The notes below the pieces were generated by a model. It searched no databases. It worked only from the letters and a program-made list of their open reading frames with translations, and was not told where the DNA came from. From the NCBI GenBank assembly GCA_002269645.1, contig NIVC01000374.1:310001-374000 (forward strand): DNA of 64,000 bases. The letters are read 5' to 3'. The translations under genes and the position numbers were made by a program. Shown one piece after another: positions 39,307 to 51,590 of the stretch. This DNA is from Macrostomum lignano (Eukaryota). The first letter of the stretch is position 1. Every line of letters starts with the position of its first letter.

Positions 39307-41643
39307 ATGGCTCTGCTGCCGGCACTGCCGCTGCTTCTGTCCCTGCCAGCCCTGCTTCTTTCGCCCGTGTCAGCCGCGGTGACGGCCCAGCAACAGCAGC
39401 GGTGCAATATTGGCGCCCTCTGGCGCACTTGCAAAAGAGATTACGGAGCGAAAGATCTATTCGACGGCGGCTACAATTTCGGCTGGCAACCCTTCAACCT
39501 GCTGAGGCAGATGTGCCAGTGAGCGCTCTCTATGAAATCTTCGCCCTCTACTCTTCCCAATCCCTCCTCACCCAGCCCAACTCAATCCCTACTCGGACCG
39601 CTGTACACCCTGCGTGAGCGTGTGTATGAGCGTGTGCCTGCGTACAGTATTGATGCGCTTGTATTTTGCTCAGGAGGGGGGCCGTAGCCCAGTGGTCTAG
39701 CGCGGCGCTCTGATGTCCAAGCGGCCCAGGCTCGATTCCAAGTGCAGTAACTTTAATTTGGGCTAAATTGGAATCTCAGCTTGGGCTTCACTCCCAACGG
39801 CGCCATTTCCACGGGCACATTCCTAGTGGTGCCATTCCTGGGGCGCCATTCCCAGGGGATTCCCAGTGGCACATTCCTAGGGTGCCATTCCAGGGGTGCC
39901 ATTCACGGGGGTGCTATTCCAGGTGCGCCATTCCCAGGGGCGCCATTCCCAGGGGCGCCATTCCCAGGGGCGCCATCCCCAGGGGTGCCATTCCCAGGGG
40001 CGCCATTCCCAGGGGCGCCATTCCCAGGGGCGCCATTCCCAGGGGCGCCATCCCCAGGGGTGCCATTCCCAGGGGTGCCATTCCCAAGGGCGCCATTCCC
40101 AGGGGATTTCTTGTAAATACACTACTATAAGTATGATTATAATTCAACTTTTTTCTACTTTCGCAGCAATCGAACCCACGTGAAGAGTCTGAAATGCCTC
40201 CAGGATGAGGCCACTCGGCAGTGCACCGATAAAATGGACTTCACTCACATCATGATTCTCAGCGTCTACAATTATAACCTGTACGCCCGGGCAGCAGACT
40301 ACATCTGCGAGCGGCACAATGTTGGCAGTGAGTTGCCGTGATCGGCCAGTCCTAACGATAAATCCAGATCCCAAACCAGATCCCAATCCAGATCCCAATC
40401 CGGATCCCAATCCAGATCCCAAACCAGATCCCAAACCAGATCCCAAACCAGATCCCAAACCAGATCCCAAACCAGATCCCAAACCAGATCCCAAACCAGA
40501 TCCCAAACCAGATCCCAAACCAGATCCCAAACCAGATCCCAAACCAGATCCCAAACCAGATCCCAAACCAGATCCCAAACCAGATCCCAAACCAGATCCC
40601 GAATTTGCATGTCTAAAGCAGCCATTAAACCAAACTAATTTTCAGTATTCGAGCGGCACGCCGAGTGCCTGTGGCTGTTCCTGCAGGAGGCCCGCTACTG
40701 CAGCCGCTTCAAAAGCGTCACGTCAACTATCGAGGCGGCGAACGCCAAAATTGGCCGGGCAATCAACGACACGAAGCATAACACGCAGACGATTCGCACA
40801 GATATGGACGCCTTTCTGGCTTTTATTAGGCGTACGGTGGAGGAGCAGCTGTGCGAGTGAGACAGCCATTGAATGACGATGGGGAAGGGGACCACGGGGG
40901 GGTCTAGTCTACTATACTAAATCTAGATCTAACAGTATTCCATCTAAGTATATAAGTGCGAGTAGTACGAGCGTACTTTGGGAACAGTAACGACCGATTC
41001 TAGGCGTCCTTGACAACCGATTTAAGGCGTCCTTGACAACCGATTCTAGGTGTCGGTGCATGACAACTAACTATTTTGGCCTTGACAACCGACTCTTTGC
41101 GTCCCTAAAGACAAATTCTAGGTTCCCTTAGCAACTGATCCCATGCTCCTTTAGCCAACCAGTTCTAATTTTCCCTGAAAACCGCAAAATTTACAACCAG
41201 TACATTTACAGCAAAACTTTATCTTATTTAACCTCAGTTACCCTCAATGCCCCGACACTCCTTCATCACCCAGCGATCGTCTGCAGTTTCTGAACTGCGT
41301 AGAACGCGAGCTGCTTCGCGACCGACTTCGCTGCCCCAATCCCATCGTGATGCTGGTGGTGAAGTACTACAGCCAGCTCATGCCCGACTGGTGTCGGCGG
41401 AGGTCCTACGAGCCGCTGGCGGACCTGATGGCCGACCAGCGCGTGCAGCAGGCCGGAGCCGCTTCCAGCGAGGACGCCTCGCCCAGACAAGTCGGCGCGC
41501 CGTCGCCCGCCTATTCGGCCGCAGCCGGGGGCAACGTTGGCAACGGTTGCCATGGCAACAGGAGATGCATTGATACGACCGTTGTTGTTGCGGTAGCGTT
41601 TCTATCGGTATCTAGCTTCGCACTGATGGGTAGTCTTAGGTGA
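39307..41643 (+). CDS. Uncharacterised Cys-rich secreted, probably GPI- or C-terminally anchored protein, 4 exons, 329 aa (possibly DUF19-like)
   Basis: Exons 39307-39518, 40167-40327, 40646-40856, 41238-41643; GTGAG donors, CAG acceptors, phases 2/1/2 all consistent; 990 nt. Signal peptide [23 protein letters not shown]; core includes [22 protein letters not shown]; hydrophobic tail [20 protein letters not shown]. The family label is pattern recall only. Confidence 0.85.
39597..39795 (+). mobile_element. Second, rearranged and truncated copy of the same SINE family (intron 1 of the orphan gene)
   Basis: Head GGGGGGCCGTAGCCCAGTGG...GGCTCGATTCCAAGTGCAG...TTGGAATCTCAGCTTGG at 39676-39790 aligns by eye to the 10.2-10.35 kb copy; a body-like segment (CTGTACAC...GTGAG...CTTGTATT..GCT) precedes it at 39597-39675. 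Confidence 0.65.
39820..40105. repeat. 15-bp minisatellite GGGGCGCCATTCCCA in intron 1 of the orphan gene
   Basis: About 17 units. Confidence 0.92.
40363..40601. repeat. 12-bp minisatellite CCAGATCCCAAA in intron 2 of the orphan gene
   Basis: About 20 units; intron is 40328-40645. Confidence 0.96.
40990..41100. repeat. Short degenerate 23-bp array GACAACCGATTCTAGGCGTCCTT in intron 3 of the orphan gene
   Basis: 3-5 copies. Confidence 0.75.
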
Positions 41644-42041
41644 ATACTTTCAGTAATAATTAGTGGATTGTATATTACAATTGCATTATATTAGAGATTT
41701 AGTATTGGTAGACTAGCCATAATACCCCCCCCAGTGGGGGAGCAAGAAGCACTCAAAGACCGTAATATAGTCGTGTCAACTGAGAAAACTCTTAACGATT
41801 CCGGAAGCAGTAATACGAAAAGATCTTACAAGTTCGGAAGGTTAATCAATCTTTTACCATCAAAGAGGCCAGAAACAATTAGACTTATACACTAATTAGT
41901 TCTAACTACAAAGAAGCGTATAAAAATGTTAACAATCGAAATTAATTCAATAAATTATTAATGTTCGTATTCTTATTTAGGCAATTGTACTTTGTTGTTC
42001 TTACATGTCTCTCGTGTAACAGCTCCGCAATAATTGCGTTA

Positions 42042-42385
42042 TTGGCAACCACAGATACTACTCGTAGAATAACTAGATGGGCCACTCAGCATATTTGCGT
42101 GTAAGCTACTTTCAGTTCAGTAGTAAGTTAAACAGAAGCATTTTAACGTATTTCAGTGGACTTGCCAATGTACATAGCTGGTATTGCTGAACCAATTAGC
42201 AAGCCGTTTACGCCTGCAAGGTTGGGCTTCTAAACTTATCAGTCATTTCATCTGCCTTTATTTATATAAAATAGCTTATGCATTCTTCTTTGCTACAGAA
42301 CAGACAGTAGAAAGCTGCTTTACTAAGTATATACATGTATGCCTGAGTGGCCCCATCTAGATATTTTAGTATCTGTGTTGGCAAC
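42042..42385. mobile_element. Decayed MITE with about 50-bp inverted ends
   Basis: TTGGCAACCACAGATACTA...CTAGATGGGCCACTCAG (42042-42089) is inverted at CTGAGTGGCCCCATCTAGA...TAGTATCTGTGTTGGCAA (42343-42384). Confidence 0.55.
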
Positions 42386-43084
42386 TAAAAAATATTGAGG
42401 ATTACCAAATTTAAGAATATAGGATCTACAATTTCTTAAAAGCGCATTTTTTGTTATTTTACCCTCAATTGTCATGCTGACTGTTTTATATTTGTTTTAT
42501 TGTGCAAGAATTAATTTTTCAATTTGTGCTCCATTTCTTCATTGCATATCCATTTTTGTACACTTAAATCTATCTAAAAACTCGATATGTCCCTACTGTG
42601 AGTAGTACATGTCTGTCGAATATTAAAGTTTTGACTTTTTCCTATGCTATATTCTTGAACGGAAATGATCTATCTTGAAGCATCATTTCCCCCTGCTTTT
42701 GCTTCTTTAATAAGTACAATTAAATCCCAACTGACTGAATCTGCAACCATAGTTCTCTGTAAATGCCGGCTGTTGAAAATTGTTTTCTGAATTGACGCAA
42801 TTATTTTTCTCTAACTGGTCGTAAAAAAGTTTTCAACGAGCTTGAAACTTACTCAAACACGTTTCTCGGCGATTGTACTTCAAGCTGATCCAAGCGCAGA
42901 AAAATTCCATGAGGTTGCATTACTCGCGCAGTTTGTCCTGATAAAATAAACGTTTGTATTGTAATTGGCCTCAGCAATAGGCCTACTAACTGGAAAATCT
43001 TAATGTAGGCCTTAACTGCCTATATGCAATTGACATTGGTTCTTAAGGTTACTGGCGGACTTAGTACGAGTACCTTGGTACGGG

Positions 43085-43395
43085 ATGCTGGCGCCCCTGA
43101 TGCTGGCGCCCCTGGTGCTGGTGCTGGCACCCCTGGTGCTGGCGCCCCTGGTGCTGGCGCCCCTGATGCTGGCGCCCCTGGTGCTGGTGCTGGCACCCCT
43201 GGTGCTGGCGCCCCTGGTGCTGGCGCCCCTGATGCTGGCGCCCCTGGTGCTGGTGCTGGCACCCCTGCTGCTAAAGCCCCTGGTGCTAAAGCCCCTGGTG
43301 CTAAAGCCCCTGGTACTAAAGCCCCTGGTGCTAAAGCCCCTGGTGCTAAAGCCCCTGGTGCTAAAGCCCCTGGTGCTAAAGCCCCTGGTGCTAAT
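43085..43395. repeat. Bipartite 15-bp array: CCTGGTGCTGGCGCC (66-bp higher-order unit x3) then CCTGGTGCTAAAGCC
   Basis: Directly visible. Confidence 0.95.
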
Positions 43396-43847
43396 CATGA
43401 GTTTTTAAAACCTCAATCGTTTATCTTTTATTTTTGATTTTGATTTGATTTTGCTAACATAAATTAAAAGCACTCAGCTTAAAACCGACTAATGCTGACA
43501 ACAGAAATGCTGCAGAGTTTTACAATCCGAAAAGTCGCATTCGCATTAGCAGTCAAAATTTCTGGCCTTAGCTAAAGAAGCACATTGGGTATTGCTTGAC
43601 GCCGCCCAGCCAATGACGGCAGCTTTGCAGGAAGCCACACAAAATTCTGAGCTGGCCGCTTAGAAAAGAATGCAGGAAATATAAAAGTCTGGCCACTGAA
43701 GCAGCAGGACCCATACTGCAAGTTGCATTTCAGTTCTTCTTGAAGTTTTCGCGTCTCAGTAAGCGGAACGCTGTTCGAACCCTTCAACACTTCTAATACA
43801 TACAGTAAGTCTGAGGAGATGATATTTCATGATCAATTTTTATACAC

Positions 43848-44237
<390 letters not shown>

Positions 44238-44829
44238 GGGAACAGTGCAGCCCCTCGATCTGACCACAACCCGTATCCTTATTTAAGCTATTTATTGACT
44301 TTCCCAGAAGTGCCCCTGACTACCAGCAATGGGGGGCTTTCAGTACCAAAGCCATAAATTTTCTGTCCAAAGGCCGCTCGCGCGCGCTCATGAGACGCCG
44401 CCAGATAGAAAGAAAACGAGCGGTTCATACAAGATCGTTAGCCTCTGCTTGGTTCGACTTGCCCGGCCGATAAAACCTCTCTCTCACAGAGCGTCCGGGT
44501 CCAGGCCAAAATAGCAAATTTTACAACTAGGCCGCAAGCTAGTCAATGACTGAATGAACTTTACGCGTAAGCGTTTATAATTCAGCAAGTGCAAATAAAA
44601 AAGCATCGAAAAGATTTTGCACAATGGGAGGGACCAAATATTCTGCATCAGTTTTGGCTTACGAGCGTACAGCTCAAGTTACGATCCATTATCAACTAGA
44701 AGCTAAATTATCAAGGTATAGTTCTGATCAAATCCTGCAGTTTTGGTTGCAGAAATTTATAGGTAAGCGAGCTGTTTACGATATAAGATAGAGTCCATAG
44801 GCATCCAAGTCACACTGAAGTTAGAGGCG

Positions 44830-45412
44830 ATAGAGAACAAGGTCACACTGAGGATAGAGACGATAGAGAACAAGGTCACACTGAGGATAGAGACGATAGA
44901 GAACAAGGTCACACTGAGGATAGAGGCGATAGAGAACAAGGTCACACTGAGGATAGAGGCGATAGAGAACAAGGTCACACTGAGGATAGAGGCGATAGAG
45001 AACAAGGTCACACTGAGGATAGAGGCGATAGAGAACAATGTCACACTGAGGATAGAGGCGATAGAGAGCAAGGTCACACTGAGGATAGAGGCGATAGAGA
45101 GCAAGGTCACACTGAGGATAGAGGCGATAGAGAACAAGGTCACACTGAGGATAGAGGCGATAGAGAACAAGGTCACACTGAGGATAGAGGCGATAGAGAA
45201 CAAGGTCACACTGAGGATAGAGGCGATAGAGAACAATGTCACACTGAGGATAGAGGCGATAGAGAGCAAGGTCACACTGAGGATAGAGGCGATAGAGAGC
45301 AAGGTCACACTGAGGATAGAGGCGATAGAGAACAATGTCACACTGAGGATAGAGGCGATAGAGAACAAGGTCACACTGAGGATAGAGGCGATAGAGAACA
45401 ATGTCACACTGA
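44830..45412. repeat. 33-bp minisatellite AGGTCACACTGAGGATAGAGGCGATAGAGAACA
   Basis: About 17 units. Confidence 0.96.
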
Positions 45413-45954
45413 GTTACTAAAACACAGTTACAACAAAGCCACAGAGCCCAGATGCAGAAGAATTTCGCATAGTTGCTAAGGCACTTAACGGGCACATACT
45501 TATTGGCAGTAGTAAGTGATCTGTCACTGTCTCCGCATACTAGGATGGCTGTCAGTCCTTGCAGAGGCAACAGACTGAAGAAGGATATTAGCTATGACAG
45601 ATTAGTCTGCTAGTGGATCGTTATATACCTTCAAAACTGCTATTTTTTGCTTCATAGTTGCCCCATTTTGCACGTGCGGCCCGCGTTAAGCTGCGCGCAA
45701 CTGGAAACCGGGAACACGAAGCTATTGATTTTTTTTCTAATTTCTTCGTACATAATGCAGAGATTGGCCAAGGTAGCTAAGCAAGCTGCAGGTGAAAAAT
45801 CGCGGGGTTAGGAATAAAGAAGAAATCTGCTGCATCTTCCAGTGCAAGTGAAAGATAAGGAAGGTGCCGCCGACTTTCTGAAATGCTGGATTTTCGATGA
45901 AATATTGCTGAACAGTTATTAATTAAACGCTATATGGTTTCCTTTTCGTAAGCT

Positions 45955-46525
45955 CCGTGTCTGTTAAGGATCCGCCTCTAACAGAACTGTGTGTCTGTCA
46001 AGGATCCGCCTCTAACAGAACTGTGTGTCTGTTAAGGATCCGCCTCTACTAGACCTGTGTGTCTGTCAATGATCCGCCTCCAACAGACCTATGTGTCTGT
46101 CAAGGATCCGCCTCTACTAGACCTGTGTGTCTGTCAAGAATCCACCTCTACTAGACCTGTGTGTCTGTCAAGGATCCGCCTCCAACAGACCTATGTGTCT
46201 GTCAAGGATCCGCCTCTACTAGACCTGTGTCTGTTAAGGATCCGCCTCTACTAGACCTGTGTGTCTGTCAAGAATCCGCCTCTACTAGACCTGTGTGTCT
46301 GTCAAGGATCCGCCTCTACTAGACCTGTGTGTCTGTCAAGGATCCGCCTCTACTAGACCTGTGTGTCTGTCAAGGATCCGCCTCTACTAGACCTGTGTGT
46401 CTGTCAAGGATCCGCCTCTACTAGACCTATGTGTCTGTCAAGGATCCGCCTCTACTAGACCTGTGTGTCTGTCAAGGATCCGCCTCTACTAGACCTGTGT
46501 GTCTGTTAAGGATCCGCCTCTACCA
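45955..46525. repeat. 34-bp minisatellite GTCTGTCAAGGATCCGCCTCTACTAGACCTGTGT
   Basis: About 16 units. Confidence 0.95.
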
Positions 46526-47000
46526 GACAGAAAAGTCTAGCTCGTATAAATATCAACAGCTCAAACCGATGGGTCAAATGCATGATAATGATTCTTCATT
46601 GCATAATGAAGAAGCTCATCTTCGAGGCAATTTTGACCTAATCGAATTTATTAGCAAGAAGATGCCAGAAAACTCTACAAAGTAGTTCATTGGAGGAATC
46701 TGAACTTTATATTAAACGATTCGTCCTTATAGAAGTACGACTATATAAAAGTGCGGCATGTGTCGCCGGACAACTGAAGCTCGCAATGTCTCAACTTCTC
46801 GTGAGTGCACCTCGGACAAAACACACAGGGGATGCTGATATCTTAGACTTTATATATAGCTGGCTGATGCTTTTTAACTTGTAACATCATTTTACTTAAG
46901 ATATCAACAATAGTGACTGTAAAGTTTCGAAACCTTGATTGATTGAAAAAAAATTATTCTTTTCTTTGTTGCCTCCCCAGAGGGGGGCGCAGATTGCTAG

Positions 47001-47178
47001 TCCTATATACTAAAAATGAATCAGAGAGACAGTCCACGATATACCATCAATGTATTTCTGAAGTAGAAGGCCGCTAAACCTCGAATTTCTTACGCTCGTA
47101 GAAGTGAGTCGATACGTCGGTACGTATATTTAATTGCCGTATTGTCGAGAAAAATCCGACTTCTCGAGGGCATACTAG
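47001..47178 (+). mobile_element. Putative mini-Helitron joined head-to-tail to another Helitron-like 3' end
   Basis: Starts TCCTATATACTAAAA; ends with hairpin TCGAGAA/TTCTCGA, spacer and CTAG followed by T; directly preceded by hairpin CCTCCCC/GGGGGG plus CTAG at 46972-47000. Confidence 0.4.
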
Positions 47179-48082
47179 TAACTAAATGCACCAGCGGATA
47201 AGACGAATAAGAGCTGCGTGTTCCAAACCTGACTTTAGCTCATTTAAAAAAAATCGAGTTTAGCGCCCTTCTATCAAAACTTCAGTTGCCCATGGTACCA
47301 GTCTATGACAAACGGATGGTTCTAATTCACGTATCCTTCCAATATAGGCCAGCTGAAGGCTCCGAACATCCCCTGCAGATAGTTATCTGAGCAGCGCTGA
47401 CCAGTCGGTGTTGACTTTAGATTGGCTCATCCAACAGCCGCTACTGTTTTTCTGCTGCTCTGAAACACTCGAATCATCAAGCCCCGTTTGATGATCCCCG
47501 CTCCCAGCGCCGCCTGGACAAACATCCGTGTCTCTCTCTCTCTCCTAACCCACAATTCCTATCGCAGAAACTGCTCCAAAGTGAGCTTACTCAAAAAAGC
47601 CCTCATATCATCGAAAAAATACTATATATTAAACTTATTGACGGGTCCAGAGTCGGTATACGATATGTCGAGAGCAGAGCTCAGGATTCGAATATAGTGA
47701 GACAGTAAGTTTTATACACCGAAGAAGTTCTAACGCTTCTGTTTCCCCATATATCTGGCTCTCTTATTTCTGTAAGACCATCAACCAACCCTGTGCGAAC
47801 ACTTCAGGTAGAGACGAGCGAGTCTCCCAAGTAGACAGTCGTCAGAAGCCTGAAGCAAAGAGACGGCGAGCGAGTAGTAGCACGTGACTTCCCTTTTCTA
47901 CCCAGAATATCTCTCTTCTATTTTATAGAAGCTGTTCTCAGAAGAAATGAGAAGTAGAGCCGGCATGGCGACTTAGAGAGGGTGCGAGTGACAAGACCGA
48001 GGGGAACGAGGGGCGGTTTCAGTGTTATGCACTTGTGCTCCGATTGTACTGCCGCAATTGTACTTATACCGTACAACATTAC

Positions 48083-48133
48083 AGTCTAGTGGTTAGGGCG
48101 TCGGACTTACGACTGGAAGGTCGGGGGTTCGAT
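48083..48133 (+). pseudogene. tRNA-like fragment or SINE head (Val-TAC-like), 3' half missing
   Basis: GTCTAGTGGTTAGGGC (A box/D arm), CTTACGA loop, AGGTC variable region, GGTTCGATT (B box); no T-stem 3' strand or acceptor stem. Confidence 0.45.
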
Positions 48134-48199
48134 TAACGAATTAAGGAGGTAATCAAGCTCGTCGAATGACAGAAGCTTAGCTTCTGTCTCTATAGCCAT

Positions 48200-48645
48200 C
48201 AAGAGACAGGGGCGCCTACCAAGAGACAGGGGCGCCTACCAAGAGACAGGGGCGCCTACCAAGAGACAGGGGCGCCTACCAAGAGACAGGGGCGAATACC
48301 AAGAGACAGGGGCGAATACCAAGAGACAGCGGCGAATACCAAGAGACAGGGGCGCCTACCAAGAGACAGGGGCGAATACCAAGAGACAGGGGCGCCTACC
48401 AAGAGACGGGGGCGAATACCAAGAGACAGGGGCGCCTACCAAGAGACAGGGGCGCCCAACAAGAGACATGGGCGAATACCAAGAGACAGGGGCGCCCAAC
48501 AAGAGACAGGGGCGCCCAACAAGAGACATGGGCGAATACCAAGAGACAGGGGTGCCCAACAAGAGACAGGGGCGCCCAACAAGAGACATGGGCGAATACC
48601 AAGAGACAGGGGCGCCCAACAAGAGACAGGGGCGCCTACCAAGAC
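48200..48645. repeat. 20-bp minisatellite AAGAGACAGGGGCGCC(T/C)ACC, inverted relative of the 5110-6208 array
   Basis: About 22 units. Confidence 0.95.
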
Positions 48646-48699
48646 CCACCGCAACGGTTGCAGCGCCTCCAATTAAAGTTCCTGCTCACGCCACTAGGC

Positions 48700-49245
48700 T
48701 GACTGTCCGTCTATTTTAGCATCTGTGTGTCTGACTGTCCGTCTATTTTAGCATCTGTGTGTCTGACTGTCCGTCTATTTTAGCATCTGTGTGTCTGACT
48801 GTCCGTCTACTTTAGCATCTGTGTGTCTGACTGTCCGTCTACTTTAGCATCTGTGTGTCTGACTGTCCGTCTACTTTAGCATCTGTGTGTCTGACTGTCC
48901 GTCTATTTTAGCATTTGTGTGTCTGACTGTCCGTCTACTTTAGCATCTGTGTGTCTGACTGTCCGTCTACTTTAGCATCTGTTTGTCTGACTGTCCGTCT
49001 ACTTTAGCATCTGTTTGTCTGACTGTCCGTCTACTTTAGCATCTGTTTGTCTGACTGTCCGTCTACTTTAGCATCTGTTTGTCTGACTGTCCGTCTACTT
49101 TAGCATCTGTTTGTCTGACTGTCCGTCTACTTTAGCATCTGTTTGTCTGACTGTCCGTCTACTTTAGCATCTGTTTGTCTGACTGTCCGTCTACTTTAGC
49201 ATCTGTTTGTCTGACTGTTCGTCTACTTTAGCATCTGTGTGTCTG
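48700..49245. repeat. 32-bp minisatellite CTGACTGTCCGTCTA(T/C)TTTAGCATCTGT(G/T)TGT
   Basis: About 17 units with polarised variant sweeps. Confidence 0.96.
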
Positions 49246-49764
49246 TGCGCCTCGACGACTGCAGTCGTCGATCGTGCCAGTTTCTAAAATATTTCCCCCA
49301 AATAATACTGCAAAGGGCTATCACTAAAACAGCGCTTGCTGGATGGGCTAGAGGCGCACAAATCCAGTCTATATCTCGATTTCAATATCTCCTTCAAGAG
49401 TTATCTGGGATTGCATCAGCTTCTTTCCTCCCTCTCGAGTTACTCCTCACTCCAGCTGTGATTTGTTCCATCAAAAACGTGACATGCCCATGTCTCATCG
49501 ACGCTTCAGCTCGCAGCAGCTGCAAAATGCGCCAGGACTCTGAAGAGTGGAAAAGTGTAGCAGGGGCTCGGTTTACAAAAGAAAATTGCCAATTAACAAA
49601 TGAAGCTGCCTACCCGTTAAGACTTGTTTGACTAAGGGTGACATGAGAAGTGTCTGCTGTTTTATTTTTGGCTTGAATCCGGCCTCAGTCAGAGTTTGGC
49701 TAGATAGAGTTTGAAGCAATTAGGATTTTGATATGATTTCTCCTATTTACCTTTTGCTATCTTT

Positions 49765-49985
49765 CGTCTCCTCCCCTGTGTGCCCTACTGCATCGCCTCC
49801 TCTCTCCTTTCTCCTTTCTCTCCTCTCTCGACTCCTCTCTTCTCTCTCCTCTTCTCACTCCTCCCTCATCTCTCCTCTCCTCTCTTCTCTCTCCTCTTCT
49901 CCTCTCTCCCTTCTGCTCTCTCCTTTCTCCTCTCTTCCTCCTTCCACTCCAACATCTCTCTCCACGATCCCTCTCATCCACTCGC
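49765..49985. repeat. CT-rich low-complexity tract
   Basis: Almost only pyrimidines on the plus strand. Confidence 0.85.
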
Positions 49986-50587
49986 GCATTTTCCTCAACT
50001 GACAAAGTTTATTAACTTTTCAAAAGACTCAGGCTTACATTAGCATACTATATGTGCTCAGACTCTCAATACGAAACTTTACCGCTTAAAGTACTCTCAC
50101 GTAAAAAAATACACTCTTGCTTGCAGTGTTAGTTCTTAACAAAAAACTTTGATAGCCTCTGCTAGCATATTCCTAGCCCTGTGTTCCCCAAACTTGAGAA
50201 GAAAATGGAAGAAATACTCGTCGAACGATAGAGACGGATTATGGCGAGGGTAGGGACAGGAGTAGGGACAAATGTGTGCCTTCGGGCCAGCAGCCAACGG
50301 CCAGCATTATAAATAATTCATTTTTAAGAAATATGGAGAGATTGCAGAAGAATTGGCCCGACGATTGAACCGGGGGACGGGGATCGAATCGAGGGAGTCG
50401 TTTCGTATCAGGAAATGAAGGGATGAAGTTGGAGCTGATGCTCGGCATTTTGGTTCGTTCAAGGGTAATAAAATAATAAAGCCAGTGAGTTATTAATTGT
50501 ATGAGCGTCTGCGATTCGGAATCAACCTCTGTAGTTGGTTAAAACGAAAGTGCAAATGCAAAATGTGGAGAGCACTAGGGCTCGTTA

Positions 50588-51404
50588 AATGAGACCCCGT
50601 TCCAGCTCTAATGAGACACCGTTCCAGCTCTAATGAGACACTGTTCCAGCTCTAATGAGACACTGTTCCAGCTCTAATGAGACACCATTCCAGCTCTAAT
50701 GAGACACTGTTCCAGCTCTAATGAGACCCCGTTCCAGCTCTAATGAGACACTGTTCCAGCTCTAATGAGACCCCGTTCCAGCTCTAATGAGACACTGTTC
50801 CAGCTCTAATGAGACACTGTTCCAGCTCTAATGAGACACTGTTCCAGCTCTAATGAGACACCGTTCCAGCTCTAATGAGACACTGTTCCAGCTCTAATGA
50901 GACACTGTTCCAGCTCTAATGAGACACTGCTCCAGCTCTAATGAGACACCGTTCCAGCTCTAATGAGACACTGTTCCAGCTCTAATGAGACACTGTTCCA
51001 GCTCTAATGAGACACCGTTCCAGCTCTAATGAGACACTGTTCCAGCTCTAATGAGACCCCGTTCCAGCTCTAATGAGACACTGTTCCAGCTCTAATGAGA
51101 CCCCGTTCCAGCTCTAATGAGACACTGTTCCAGCTCTAATGAGACACTGTTCCAGCTCTAATGAGACACTGTTCCAGCTCTAATGAGACCCCGTTCCAGC
51201 TCTAATGAGACCCCGTTCCAGCTCTAATGAGACACTGTTCCAGCTCTAATGAGACACTGTTCCAGCTCTAATGAGACACTGTTCCAGCTCTAATGAGACC
51301 CCGTTCCAGCTCTAATGAGACCCCGTTCCAGCTCTAATGAGACCCCGTTCCAGCTCTAATGAGACACTGTTCCAGCTCTAATGAGACACTGTTCCAGCTC
51401 TAAT
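50588..51404. repeat. 22-bp minisatellite GTTCCAGCTCTAATGAGACAC(T/C) upstream of the GPCR
   Basis: About 37 units. Confidence 0.97.
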
Positions 51405-51590
51405 GATGAGATAGAATTCCAAAGTAAAACTCCGATAGAGCGACAAAGTAGAAATCAGATAGACTCCAAAGTGGAAATCAGAATATAATCCCAATAAATA
51501 AATCATATCATATAAGCTAATTATTAATTGACCTTTCAGCAGGAGAGCATTCCTCACAGCGGCAGGAATTTCAACAGCCTCGAAGCAAAG

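Noticed and set aside
39768-40183. Collagen- or elastin-like GAPFP ORF
   Set aside because: Period is 5 aa, not Gly-X-Y, and it lies in a well-supported intron.
40319-40876. DPKP-repeat protein (185 aa)
   Set aside because: 12-bp intronic array; the real exon 3 uses another frame.
43024-43437. GAP/KAP-repeat ORF
   Set aside because: Tandem array with no supported splice or start context.
48083-48133. Functional tRNA-Val gene
   Set aside because: T-stem 3' strand and acceptor stem missing; anticodon stem mispaired.
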